From a virus (lineage: Duplodnaviria > Caudoviricetes), in IMG/VR virus record IMGVR_UViG_3300037721_000072, positions 1 to 26,086 of that record: DNA of 26,086 bases. One strand, written 5' to 3'. The position numbers and the translations under genes were made by a program. The notes beneath the pieces were generated by a model that was not told the origin of the DNA, ran no database searches, and worked only from the letters and a program-made list of their open reading frames with translations. Numbering within the stretch: position 1 is the first letter of the stretch; each line of letters begins with the position of its first letter. This document shows, one piece after another, positions 15,174 through 24,664 of this stretch.

Positions 15174-16603
15174 TATTGCTCCAATACTTCGAAGTCTTCG
15201 CTTGCTGAGACCAGGATCAACTCTTCCGTTCCTGTGAACTCGAAACGCCACTGTCTACGGCGGTAGGTTCCAAGTGACCTGAATTCTAGCACAGGATGTG
15301 TATCTCCGGACCTACCCAAGTCGATCGGGATCGAAGGTTCCCACGGGCCCGGCTGGTCTCGGTATGAGAAAAAAGCCTGGGGCCCGGTGCCGCCGTTCAC
15401 AGTCCCACGACGCAGGGCGAAACGGACGCACTGACAGTGTTTTTTCTGGTCAGTTCCACGTGAAACATAGCCCGTCTCGACGTAAGCCTTGATAGGCGTT
15501 CCCAGGTCAGTCAGTGCGTCCGTGGTTAGCTCCCCGATGAAGCCTTCCGTTGTCCCAACAACGTTGACGTTCGTGTCCTGGCGGAGGTGGTGACTGAGTA
15601 CCTCGAACGGCGCGAACCCGGTGGTGCTAGCTACCCAACCTGACCACTGGCCCCAGCCTGAGCCGGTTTGGTAGACGAACGTCCGGCCGTCTGTGGGGAA
15701 TGTCCACACCAGACAGTCGACATTTCCCGTCATGACCCGGTAGCCGTAGCAATCGGAGTAGGTGTCCATCTCGTCCAAGCTCTTGGCTATGGGGTCGGAG
15801 ATGACCTTGATGCTTCGACCGTCGCTCACGACGAATCGCTGAAACTGGTCCAACCAGGCGAACGACTGGTCAGTCTTGATGACCGAATACGGAGCCCCGC
15901 AGCCGTACTCCCTCGTCGCCTCCGGCAGGTAGACTGCTGAGGCGTCGGGTCCGTAGACCTGGAGCGTGCCTTGGCCAAAGACGAAAACATTGTTGGTGTT
16001 TTCGTGAACGGCCACGACGTTGTCTGGGCGGGCTTCGGCGGTGATGTACCCCGCTGGGGGAGCAAATGACCAATTCTCGGCTCCGGAATAGTCCGAGTCA
16101 CCGATGAACGTGGAAGAATACCTGACAGCGGTCTTGTTGAGCAGAACATCGTTGGCAAGCAGCCTGGAGGCGTGAGCGATGACGTGCGACGCCATCGGCG
16201 GGTTTCCCCCAAGCGTCTCAATGACTCGAGAGGAGCGGATGTATTTGAGCATCTCGCGCCCGCCAGTGATCACCACCAGAGCCTCCGTCTGAGCGAATAT
16301 CGGGCGTAGCTCTCCGGGAACTGCCGCCGTGAGTGCACGAGCTAAGCCTCCCTGAACTTCGTAGACTACTCGTCCTGGTCCGCCTGAGACGGCCAATAGC
16401 CGCCCGTCATCTGTGGCAAATAACCCTTCAATACCTGCCGAGTTCACGACGGCCTCCGGTGCTGCGGGATACGTCCTGATTCCAGGCCTCCGTGTCACGG
16501 ACCCGCTGGGGTCCACAACGACATTCATCGAGACCACGCCGGCCCCAGCCAGAGGCTCTACGCCTGAGGCTTGCTGATTGGTGAACGGTATGGGTTGAGC
16601 CAT
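15173..16603 (-). CDS. Tail hub/packaged-DNA stabilization protein (P22 gp10-like)
   Basis: N-terminal N...RRPG, AEARPDNVVAV, VFVFG..T.QVY, GCGAPYSV and C-terminal FRSLGTYRRRQWRF match the gp10-like pattern; start 16603 by TAATG overlap. Confidence 0.85.
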   Translation of the reverse strand: MAQPIPFTNQQASGVEPLAGAGVVSMNVVVDPSGSVTRRPGIRTYPAAPEAVVNSAGIEGLFATDDGRLLAVSGGPGRVVYEVQGGLARALTAAVPGELRPIFAQTEALVVITGGREMLKYIRSSRVIETLGGNPPMASHVIAHASRLLANDVLLNKTAVRYSSTFIGDSDYSGAENWSFAPPAGYITAEARPDNVVAVHENTNNVFVFGQGTLQVYGPDASAVYLPEATREYGCGAPYSVIKTDQSFAWLDQFQRFVVSDGRSIKVISDPIAKSLDEMDTYSDCYGYRVMTGNVDCLVWTFPTDGRTFVYQTGSGWGQWSGWVASTTGFAPFEVLSHHLRQDTNVNVVGTTEGFIGELTTDALTDLGTPIKAYVETGYVSRGTDQKKHCQCVRFALRRGTVNGGTGPQAFFSYRDQPGPWEPSIPIDLGRSGDTHPVLEFRSLGTYRRRQWRFEFTGTEELILVSASEDFEVLEQ

Positions 16604-18234
16604 TAACCTACGCGGACGTCCACGATATGCCAACGGTAGGCGTTGTCAGTTGCCAAGTCCGACAAGACGCAGGTTAGGTAAATCGACTGGCCGTTGTTTA
16701 CAGCCGTCGCCCCTCCAACGAGCGAGGTGTAGGTGCCAGCGAAGGTGACGGACGCCCAGTTCCCGCCGCTGTTGTTGAGGATGTATATCCCTAGCTGTTG
16801 AGAAGGGAACAACATCGCAGGCATCGTTACCGTGGGAGCCGTACCGGTTGACACTATCTCGGCCAGGGAAACGCAGTCGAATACCGTGTATGCCGCCACC
16901 GCCCCAGACTCGCGGCTTCTGTCGCTTGTCTCCAAAAACGACCCCTTGGCCAAGGGGACCGTGGCAGAGTTGCCTGAGTAACGCTTGATGCAGCCAGGGA
17001 AAAACGTGCCATTGACACATATCTTCCCGCCGCCCAGGAAAATAATACCGACATTGAACGAGTTTGCCGTGGATACAAAGTGGCATTCGCCGATGGCTAC
17101 ATTCGCGAGCGTCGAGACTACGCGAACGCCGGACAAGTCAGTAGGCGGTACGGACACTGACGACCCATCGAAGATGCACCCGAAAATCGCGTAGTAAGAA
17201 GGCAGTAGCCCCGTGACGGAGTCTAGTCGAATCAGTTCCTGGTTGTACCCAGCCGCGCCAGAGAAAAACCGGCAATCCGTCATCGTCACATCCGCGGCGA
17301 GGTAGGCCGCATACCCTGCGTATGCAGTGAACCGGCAACTGTCGAGCCTAAGCTTGCCGCCATTGGTAAACGTCCTGATGAGATTCCCGGCACAATTGGA
17401 GCTAACTCCGAACACGCAGCCGACGAACCTCACGTTCACAGCGACGGTGGAGTAAAACTGCTCACCTGTGTTCGACTGAGAGGCGTCGAAAGAGACGCCA
17501 TGGATTAAGATAGGCGCGCTCTGGGCCGTGCCAGAGGTTAACGTGAGAATCCTGGCGTTCGAAACGGAGCTGGTTTTGATGGTGACCTGGTTAGCCCCGA
17601 TGCCGATGAGGCTCACCCGGTGGTCCCACTCGATGGCCGTAGAAATCAGGTAGGTGCCCGCAGGCAGGAACACCACGCCGCCGCCAGCCGCTACCGCAGC
17701 GGCCAGCGCCGCCTGGATAGCAGCTTGGTCGTTTGCGACCCCATCGCCAACGCCGCCGTAGATTGGGCTCTTTACGTTGTAAACCAGGCCGGTCAACCCG
17801 CCGAGTGCATTTGTCAACGTGGTGGCCGCACCCCCAACAGAGACCTTCCAGTCCGGAGCCCCGGCATTGGTCACCCATAGATCCAATACAGCCTGGAGAG
17901 TGGTAGGCTCGTTGACCGCAGCGACGCCGGAGACGTAGTCATTGCCAGTGAACGACGGGGAGATGACCTCCACGTTCCTCGATGCATATCCGTCGGTCCA
18001 GGACCGGATTACCGTACCGTCTGGAGACTTGGCCACAACATCGACGAGCTGGTTTACGTAAACCTCCACCGCGCCATAGGCGTCCAAGTCAATGTCATCG
18101 CCGGACGAATCAGAGGTGGACGCTTCAAAGTCGAAATAAACGGTGGCCCGAGTAGAGGTACCGCGGATGTAAACCTCGGCCCAGCCATTGGCCGCTGCGG
18201 CGATGCCAGCGTTAAGCGTGCTGATTAAATTCAT
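16603..18234 (-). CDS. Tailspike with particle-binding N-domain and pectate-lyase-3-type beta-helix
   Basis: VY..GT.T.ATVY.D...IDLDAYG anchor; YNVKSPIYGGVGDGVANDQAAIQAA...GGVVFLPAGTYLI. Confidence 0.88.
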   Translation of the reverse strand: MNLISTLNAGIAAAANGWAEVYIRGTSTRATVYFDFEASTSDSSGDDIDLDAYGAVEVYVNQLVDVVAKSPDGTVIRSWTDGYASRNVEVISPSFTGNDYVSGVAAVNEPTTLQAVLDLWVTNAGAPDWKVSVGGAATTLTNALGGLTGLVYNVKSPIYGGVGDGVANDQAAIQAALAAAVAAGGGVVFLPAGTYLISTAIEWDHRVSLIGIGANQVTIKTSSVSNARILTLTSGTAQSAPILIHGVSFDASQSNTGEQFYSTVAVNVRFVGCVFGVSSNCAGNLIRTFTNGGKLRLDSCRFTAYAGYAAYLAADVTMTDCRFFSGAAGYNQELIRLDSVTGLLPSYYAIFGCIFDGSSVSVPPTDLSGVRVVSTLANVAIGECHFVSTANSFNVGIIFLGGGKICVNGTFFPGCIKRYSGNSATVPLAKGSFLETSDRSRESGAVAAYTVFDCVSLAEIVSTGTAPTVTMPAMLFPSQQLGIYILNNSGGNWASVTFAGTYTSLVGGATAVNNGQSIYLTCVLSDLATDNAYRWHIVDVRVG

Positions 18235-18953
18235 CTACGGCTCCATCCAGTGCGGTGAGCGACAACGAAACGAGTGGGAGCCTTCTGGGCTGAGTAACTC
18301 TTGCACTTGTCGAGGTGCTTCTCGGCTATCTGCTCGAAGTAGCCTACCCGGCCTGGATTTAGCGAGTAGCTCGAGGCCAGGAGCGCGCCCAGCTTGTAGG
18401 TGATGTGGAGCGTCCAATACCTCTCCACATCAAGCGTCTTGGCTCCGTCGTTGGAGTCTGCCGCAAGTCGGTGGACCTGCATTCGGAGCGTACCCAGGTC
18501 GGCCGCCGTTGGAGTGGGCCAGACTCGCAACTCGACGGGGGAAGCGGCGCGGTGGGAGTAGTACTGGAGCGGGCGCCCGGTCATGTCTTTGGCCGTCTGG
18601 AGCTGCCAATCCTCGCGTGAGATTGGGATAAGCGGGATCTCCCCTCCGGCGTGGTTGATGTCCACGGTCCCTGGCGGGATGTACATTATCTGACCAACCA
18701 CATCGATGACGTCAGCGTTCAGCACATAGGCCGACTGTCCCGCCACGAGTGCCAGGGTCTCGAACGCCACGGCGCGCGCCCGGAGGCCATCGGCTTCCAG
18801 GTCGTCGAGTATCATCTCCAGGAAGTCTTTAGCCAGGGCTTGCTTGTCGAACGACAACGATTGCGACTCGTTGACCACGCCGATTAGCTGATGGGCACGC
18901 TGACAAATCTTAGCGATGTCCAGCTCGCGGGTGCGGTTGGCGTTGATGGTCAT
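18231..18953 (-). CDS. Head-tail adaptor/tail tubular protein (P22 gp4-like)
   Basis: I..RA...IG...L..ILDDL, L.AGQSAY.L..D, GRP..Y, VWPTP and ITYKLG..LA; start MTINAN at 18953 by ATGA overlap. Confidence 0.82.
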   Translation of the reverse strand: MTINANRTRELDIAKICQRAHQLIGVVNESQSLSFDKQALAKDFLEMILDDLEADGLRARAVAFETLALVAGQSAYVLNADVIDVVGQIMYIPPGTVDINHAGGEIPLIPISREDWQLQTAKDMTGRPLQYYSHRAASPVELRVWPTPTAADLGTLRMQVHRLAADSNDGAKTLDVERYWTLHITYKLGALLASSYSLNPGRVGYFEQIAEKHLDKCKSYSAQKAPTRFVVAHRTGWSRR

Positions 18954-21262
18954 CCGTTGATGCTCCGACTGACCTCGACCCAGGACGAGCCACGCCATTC
19001 AAGTGTTATCGAATCATTCGTGGTGCCCAGCGTGCAGTCGCCTGCAATTTGCAGGTTCCCGGTTCCGTCCTTCACGACCACGTCACGTGCGCTGTTCGCT
19101 ATGCGAATACCGACACGGTCCCCTTCCCTGCCGGAGTAGCTGATGGTGGCCAGGTTATCGGTGGCCGCGCCGCCTTCCGTGTCAACTTGCAAGAGTCTGA
19201 GCCCATGCGGGCATGTGACAGCGTCACTGGCGATGGTGAGACTCTGGCGCTGCACGTCGAGGTTCCGAATGGTCGGCTCACTCGTTGTCCCTACGGAGGT
19301 GGCGAAGGTCCTAAAGGTATTCCCCTCGATGTAGTGGAATTGGTTGGCCTGCGCATCAAAAGTGACGCCGGTTCCAACGCTAGTTGGCGCATAGCCGCTA
19401 TTGTTGACCACGTTCAGGTCTTGGCAGCTCCCCGAGCCGGAGCAGTTGATATAGATCCCGTTTCCACCGGTCGCTCCGACTGGTAGCTCCGAGTAGTTGC
19501 CGGTTACGGTACCTCGGATGCAGTCACGGATGCGAATGTGAACCCCGTTCGTGTTCGCCCCAAAAGTCTGATTCCCTTGGCATGTGAGCCCAGTCACATC
19601 CTCCAGGTAGAGCGACTCGTTGGCGGTACCACGGATGATGTTTCCGTTTACGGTGAGCCCGCTTACTGTGGCACCAGCCAGCGTCCGGATGCCATGCGTT
19701 CCACCGTTGATGGTGTTCCCGATAACGGAAGCGTCTTGGAGATTGCCGTTTAGCGAGATGCCGACGCTCGTCGGCGTATCAACCAGATTCCCGTCAATCT
19801 TCAGCCTTCGTAGTGTGAACGCGCCAGTCGTGATGCGGATGCCATGCGCGCCGCAGTCGCTGAAACTGTTCCCCTGGATGACGATGTTTTCACCGTCGGC
19901 CTCCATTGCGTCCAGCCGCAGACCACAGGCATAACCGTAGGTCTTGTTCCCGGAGACAGTGATGTCGTTGCAGTCGTAGAAAATCTGTATTGCATCGTAA
20001 TTGGCCTGGTCTGAGGCTGGGTTAGGTCCATAGACCGCGTTATTGGTCACGGTTGCCTTTTGGGCACGTACCTTGATTCCGCCCCAGTACCCCTGGACCA
20101 CGTTGCTGTCGATGACACAGTTATAGCCAGAGCGATGCATGTCGATGCCGCTCTGCCATGAGCCAAGCACCATGTTCCCAGTGACGGTGATGTTATTGGG
20201 AACGCCGAACCAGTAATCCTGGCCCGTCCCGCCCGTGCTGCCAGTCGTAACGAAATGCCGGCAATTGATGCAAAAGTTATCGTGAATCCGAACGTTCGCC
20301 GTACATCGGTAGACGCCGACGCCGTACTGCGAGCGCTCTTTGATGGAGTCGAACTCGAAGGAGTTACCTCCCACCTCTACCCCGTAACAACTCTCCAATA
20401 TTATTGGTTGGTTTTCTACTGCCACGAAGCGGCAACGGAGAAACACCAAATCTCTGGCCCAGATGGCCCTCAGGCAGATGTCCGACCTCGAGGCCGATGT
20501 CGCATCGTTTACCTCAATCGTGCCCGTGTAGGTAGGCGTCGGTGCTCCAATGGGGTTGATACCCTTACCCTTCACCGTAAGGTCTGACATGCCGCCCGTG
20601 ACAAACGAGATATTCGCTAACTGCACAGTCCCAAGACCAATGTCGTACGGTTCGACTGTCGGCGTCGTGAAATAGACATCGTTCCCGTCTACCCACTGAA
20701 CGCGCAGAAACTCCGCTCGCGTCCCGCCATCGTCGATTACGTAGTTCTCCGTGCTGCGAAGCTGGACAATGTCATTCGGCGCGTAGCCGGCGCCACTGGC
20801 AACAGTGCACATTACCGCTCCGCGTGCCACCGTAGCCGTTACGCTCTGGACATTAGAGCGCCCAGCTCCCTGCATGAGAAACATGCCGGTGCCATAGGAG
20901 TAGTCGGTGCTACCACTGAAGTCCAAGACAGACACATGCATACCTGCCCCCTTCAGGTAGACGCCGTCTGGCCAAGTGATTGGAGCGCCAGAAGAGCCGC
21001 CAGCGAGTGTTATCGGGAACACCCCAGGTGGGATTAGCAGTGTCCCGCCACCTCGAGCCGAGAGTGCTGTCATCGCCGCCTGAAGCGTTGCGGCATTGAT
21101 GACCCCTGATGAGGCAACGGCTAGCCCAGCCTCTCCGCGGACCTCGCCGACTGTGGCCTTACGGGTCACTCCGCCAGAGACGACGGGGACCAAGTCCGAC
21201 GACAAAAGCGCCACGGTTTGCTCTGATAGCTCAGAGATTTTCTGAGGACGTTCTTGAGCCAT
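18950..21262 (-). CDS. Second spike/fibre: right-handed beta-helix (putative depolymerase), 770 aa
   Basis: N-terminal KISEL...DLVPVVSGGVTRKATV anchor motif; GGTLLIPPG; many I.GN.I parallel beta-helix repeats; C-terminal VDTEGGAATDNLATI...WVEVSRS domain. Confidence 0.88.
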   Translation of the reverse strand: MAQERPQKISELSEQTVALLSSDLVPVVSGGVTRKATVGEVRGEAGLAVASSGVINAATLQAAMTALSARGGGTLLIPPGVFPITLAGGSSGAPITWPDGVYLKGAGMHVSVLDFSGSTDYSYGTGMFLMQGAGRSNVQSVTATVARGAVMCTVASGAGYAPNDIVQLRSTENYVIDDGGTRAEFLRVQWVDGNDVYFTTPTVEPYDIGLGTVQLANISFVTGGMSDLTVKGKGINPIGAPTPTYTGTIEVNDATSASRSDICLRAIWARDLVFLRCRFVAVENQPIILESCYGVEVGGNSFEFDSIKERSQYGVGVYRCTANVRIHDNFCINCRHFVTTGSTGGTGQDYWFGVPNNITVTGNMVLGSWQSGIDMHRSGYNCVIDSNVVQGYWGGIKVRAQKATVTNNAVYGPNPASDQANYDAIQIFYDCNDITVSGNKTYGYACGLRLDAMEADGENIVIQGNSFSDCGAHGIRITTGAFTLRRLKIDGNLVDTPTSVGISLNGNLQDASVIGNTINGGTHGIRTLAGATVSGLTVNGNIIRGTANESLYLEDVTGLTCQGNQTFGANTNGVHIRIRDCIRGTVTGNYSELPVGATGGNGIYINCSGSGSCQDLNVVNNSGYAPTSVGTGVTFDAQANQFHYIEGNTFRTFATSVGTTSEPTIRNLDVQRQSLTIASDAVTCPHGLRLLQVDTEGGAATDNLATISYSGREGDRVGIRIANSARDVVVKDGTGNLQIAGDCTLGTTNDSITLEWRGSSWVEVSRSING

Positions 21263-21603
21263 CAGGTTTCCAACAAAATAGTTCCGCCATCCTCGGTTAG
21301 GATAGGCATACCGCTCTCAGTCAGAAGCATACCAGTGAGCGAACCAATAGGCGTTGCCGGCTCATCGTTGTCGTACGAGCCAGGGTAACGCGGAGGCCTA
21401 TCGTGGGAATGCGCGGCGGCCTTTGCGCTAGCGACGTTCGCCTTAGTGAGCGCTACGGCGTCCCTGCCCCGACCCTCCTGGGGGCAATTCAACAGACCTT
21501 CAAGGTCACGCCACAGATCGGAACGGTTCCAACGTGTGCCGCAGCGGTCGCATAAAGCCGTCCCTCGTTCGCCTTGTCGCCGTCGCTTGCCTACTGTCCG
21601 CAT
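21262..21603 (-). CDS. Small virion protein: CDRCG Zn-binding N-terminus plus LLTESG/ILTEDG repeats
   Basis: ALCDRCG.RW.RSDL.RD.EGLLNC and a C-terminal (L/I)LTE(S/D)G repeat; TGATG coupled to the spike. Confidence 0.75.
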   Translation of the reverse strand: MRTVGKRRRQGERGTALCDRCGTRWNRSDLWRDLEGLLNCPQEGRGRDAVALTKANVASAKAAAHSHDRPPRYPGSYDNDEPATPIGSLTGMLLTESGMPILTEDGGTILLET

Positions 21604-21637
21604 GGCCGTTCGCTTTCGCGCGCCCTAAGGGACACTG

Positions 21638-22600
21638 TTAAGTCGCCGCCACTGGAGAAAGGAGACCGCTCAACCGGGGCTGGTCAGAGCAGAAGTTCTG
21701 GAAACACTTGATGGTGGCACTGGGGGAGCCTGGGAACAGAATACCCGTCGCGCTTGCGGTGCCATCAGTCAGGATGGCGCAGTAGTTGTCAGCGAAGACC
21801 CCCGTGGCTGCCGTTGCGGTAGCGACCGTGATGCACGACGTGCTGGCCGTCATCGTATTGTCCAATACGTTACGCAAGACCTTGAGCCCGGTAACGGCAC
21901 TCGTCACGTCGATGAGGCCATTCGCCGCGGTAGCAGAGAACACCATCTCGTTATCCGTGATGCGGACCTGGTCCGACACGCCTACGAGTTTCACTCCATC
22001 TGTGACGTTGTGCGTCGCGGTTCCGCGGAAGACGTTTCCGATCAGCTCGAACCGATGGGAGGCTGCCCCAATCTCCAGGGCGATCGTGGCCTTGTTCGAA
22101 GCGCCAGAAGCGACCTCAATGTCGCAACCGTAGATACCAATGTCCGCCGCAGTGCTGACAATAGCCTTCACCACGCCGTTCGCCCCCTCCAAGCGGAGAC
22201 GGAGCCCGGTGATGGTAACGTCCGCGTCATCCAGCACCCATTGGGAACCCGTAGCCGTCCATCGGAACACCGGCATGTTGGAGCCACGCCCGAAACCGAC
22301 GATGCGCGTTCCTGCGACAAGGTTCGTCAACATCGTCGCGTCAGTAACCGACTCGGAGTGACCAGGGAGAACCGCTACAGTGTCCCCGAGGCCAGCGCGG
22401 ACCTTCGCCAAGCCGGCAGCCAGTGTCGGCACCAGGTTCGATGCGGTAAACTGGTCGTCGCCGGTTTGAACTCCGGTTGAACGAACGTACGCCGCGATGC
22501 GCGACCCCGGAGGGAGCAGCGTAATGCCAAACGGCGTCTTCATGCCAGCCCCGGCAGCAGCCATGGGTAGGTCAGGGCTTAGAGGTGAATCGAAAGGCAT
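21638..22600 (-). CDS. Beta-helix protein directly after the MCP (putative head fibre/decoration)
   Basis: PTLAAGLA...GDTVAVLPGH.E entry motif followed by IGNVF, ITDNEM, VLRNVL and FADNY rungs. Confidence 0.7.
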   Translation of the reverse strand: MPFDSPLSPDLPMAAAGAGMKTPFGITLLPPGSRIAAYVRSTGVQTGDDQFTASNLVPTLAAGLAKVRAGLGDTVAVLPGHSESVTDATMLTNLVAGTRIVGFGRGSNMPVFRWTATGSQWVLDDADVTITGLRLRLEGANGVVKAIVSTAADIGIYGCDIEVASGASNKATIALEIGAASHRFELIGNVFRGTATHNVTDGVKLVGVSDQVRITDNEMVFSATAANGLIDVTSAVTGLKVLRNVLDNTMTASTSCITVATATAATGVFADNYCAILTDGTASATGILFPGSPSATIKCFQNFCSDQPRLSGLLSPVAAT

Positions 22601-22607
22601 GTTGACC

Positions 22608-23519
22608 TCAGGCGTTGGAGAAGAAGAAGCCGCGGGCGTCCGACCAGCCAGAGGCCCAACGTGCGGACACGCTGTACTTCATGGTCTCGTTGTCGTTCTC
22701 GACCCAGCTGTTGCTCTTGGGCTTACGGCGCCACTTGGACTGGATGCCGTTGTCCACGTCGGTGATGACGCCCCAGTTCGTGGTGGTGTTGTTCCAGTAC
22801 TTCACCGGAACCGGCTTGATATCTAGGTCGTACACCGCGTTGATGGCGGCAAAGTTCCCCGCCTCCGGAGACTTCTCCGAGCCAAGAATCTGCTTCCAGA
22901 CCGCCCATTGCTCGGTCGGGAAGACAACTTTCTTGATGTCGTAGCCCTCGGTGATGCCGTCGTGACCAGGCAGCTTCATGACGAGGCTTCGGACGGTCGC
23001 CAGCGCCAGCGCCGAAGGTGCCATGGGCACCGACAGCGTGTTACTGAACGTTCCGCCACCCGGCATCGTGTGAGCCGCAGAGGCCAGCGGAACACCGTCT
23101 CCGCCCACGTATGAGGTGTTCGTGGCGCGAATCAAGATGCTCGTCATGTCGATGTCGAACGTCTTGTAGATGGCGCGGTCGAGGCGCTTGGCCAGTCGGA
23201 GCGTCTCCGGGTACTTGTTGTCCTCCATCGCCTCATCAGTGACGATGAGCTTCAGCGCGAACTTGCGAGGGATGTAGCGCTTGAGGAACCCTTCACGAAT
23301 GGTCCCGACGGTGATTTCCTCACCCTCGTCGGTCTCGGCCGCAAGGCCAGGCCCGCCCATCTCGAGGTCATCGACGTATGCCTCGTCCATCGAGCCGACC
23401 TTCATCCACTTCTTGCAGACGAGGGCAGACTCGTTCTCGCCGAGCCGGTCATCCACGATGGAGTCCAGCGTCTCCTTGAAGGAGTTGAAAATCGTTGAAC
23501 TAAAGATTGTTCCAGACAT
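22608..23519 (-). CDS. Major capsid protein (HK97 fold, Mu gpT-like family)
   Basis: 303 aa; S.D...D...GPGLA..T.EG..I, GGDGVPLASAAH, KVVFP, YWNNTTTNW and C-terminal RWASGWSDARG; position after scaffold and decoration genes. Confidence 0.88.
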   Translation of the reverse strand: MSGTIFSSTIFNSFKETLDSIVDDRLGENESALVCKKWMKVGSMDEAYVDDLEMGGPGLAAETDEGEEITVGTIREGFLKRYIPRKFALKLIVTDEAMEDNKYPETLRLAKRLDRAIYKTFDIDMTSILIRATNTSYVGGDGVPLASAAHTMPGGGTFSNTLSVPMAPSALALATVRSLVMKLPGHDGITEGYDIKKVVFPTEQWAVWKQILGSEKSPEAGNFAAINAVYDLDIKPVPVKYWNNTTTNWGVITDVDNGIQSKWRRKPKSNSWVENDNETMKYSVSARWASGWSDARGFFFSNA

Positions 23520-23525
23520 GGTACC

Positions 23526-24182
23526 TCAGATACCCAGCCACATGGTGGTAGCGCCAGTGAAGCTCTGCGGGCGGTTGCAGATCACTTCGAGTTCAACGTT
23601 CGCCCCCGAGAAGTCCTGCATGCCAACATCAGGGATGCCAACAATGCGCCAGTCCAGGGTAGCCGTGGCCGCGTGCGTGGAGATGTTCAGCTTCGGCAGA
23701 AGGGCCAGACCGCCGGAGGCTGCGGTGTGAATGTGTGAGCAGTTCTCACCGATGAACGCCTGGTAAGCGGCCAGCGTCGTGGCGGTCGTATTGTCGTTCA
23801 CCGTGATGCGCCAGACAGCTGCCTCAGCTGGGATGTAGAAAACCTTGCTCTGAAGGTCGAGGTTCGAGCCGTAGGCCACGCTCGATGGAAGCGCATTGCC
23901 GCGGGCGGTCACCGCATTCGAAAACGACGGGTCGAGGTATTGCTTGATGCCGACCACGATACCCAGCACGTCACCAGGCGTGCCGTCCGTTCCAGGAGCC
24001 ACGTTCACCGCGCCGGAGGTCAACCGGACAATGGGGTCGCCTGGACGAAGAGAGGCAGCTGTTGCCGAGCCGCCAGCGAAAGTCGCGCCGCTAATGCAGA
24101 ACGCCTCTTCCTGGCTAGCGTGAGCAAAGCCAGAGCGCATGCGCGCCAGCCGGAAGCCGTATTTGACAGGGTTATCAGCCAT
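23526..24182 (-). CDS. Capsid decoration/cement-like protein
   Basis: MADNPVKYGFR, GDPIV..SG, LGIVVGI.QY and WRIVG pattern typical of the gene preceding this MCP type. Confidence 0.7.
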   Translation of the reverse strand: MADNPVKYGFRLARMRSGFAHASQEEAFCISGATFAGGSATAASLRPGDPIVRLTSGAVNVAPGTDGTPGDVLGIVVGIKQYLDPSFSNAVTARGNALPSSVAYGSNLDLQSKVFYIPAEAAVWRITVNDNTTATTLAAYQAFIGENCSHIHTAASGGLALLPKLNISTHAATATLDWRIVGIPDVGMQDFSGANVELEVICNRPQSFTGATTMWLGI

Positions 24183-24664
24183 CAGTCGTCTCCGTTGGGA
24201 ATCACGGCGACAGAGCCGTTTTCCGCTTCAAATGAGAAGTACTGGCCGCCCTCCTTGGAGCGCAGCTCAATGCGACGGCTGAGGTCAGCAATCGCCTTTT
24301 TGGTTTGAAACATGCGCTTCTCGATGAGGTCGGCAGCGTTCTGGCCGCTCTGCCCGTCATCACCGAACTCGTAGATTTCCTTGGCGCGCTCAGCGGTGGT
24401 CTGCATAAGGACATGACCACGCGACTCGATCAATTGGCCAGGCTTCAGCGCCTTGCCCAAGCGACCCTTGACGCCACCTTCACGGTACTGCACTGGCTCG
24501 TAGCCGATGCCTTCGTAGTACTCGACGCCGTGCTCCTCTGCGGCCTTGTACACCCAAACGTAGCGACGTTCAGGGTCGGGGTTCGTCAGCTCGAAATAAG
24601 GCGAGCCGGAATTGATGGGCCGAGGCGACGGGTCTTTTCTTACAGCGGTCTTCTTCGCGGGCAT
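24182..24664 (-). CDS. Conserved phage head-module protein of unknown function
   Basis: P..RYVWV...GYEPV...G.LIE..G.VLM; GGAG SD; TGATG coupling. Confidence 0.8.
   Translation of the reverse strand: MPAKKTAVRKDPSPRPINSGSPYFELTNPDPERRYVWVYKAAEEHGVEYYEGIGYEPVQYREGGVKGRLGKALKPGQLIESRGHVLMQTTAERAKEIYEFGDDGQSGQNAADLIEKRMFQTKKAIADLSRRIELRSKEGGQYFSFEAENGSVAVIPNGDD

Noticed and set aside
22600-22680. Programmed +1 frameshift fusing the MCP to the downstream beta-helix protein
   Set aside because: The +1 frame is open for about 26 codons, but the junction is GCC-TGA rather than a CCC-stop shift site, and the downstream gene has its own GAGGT SD
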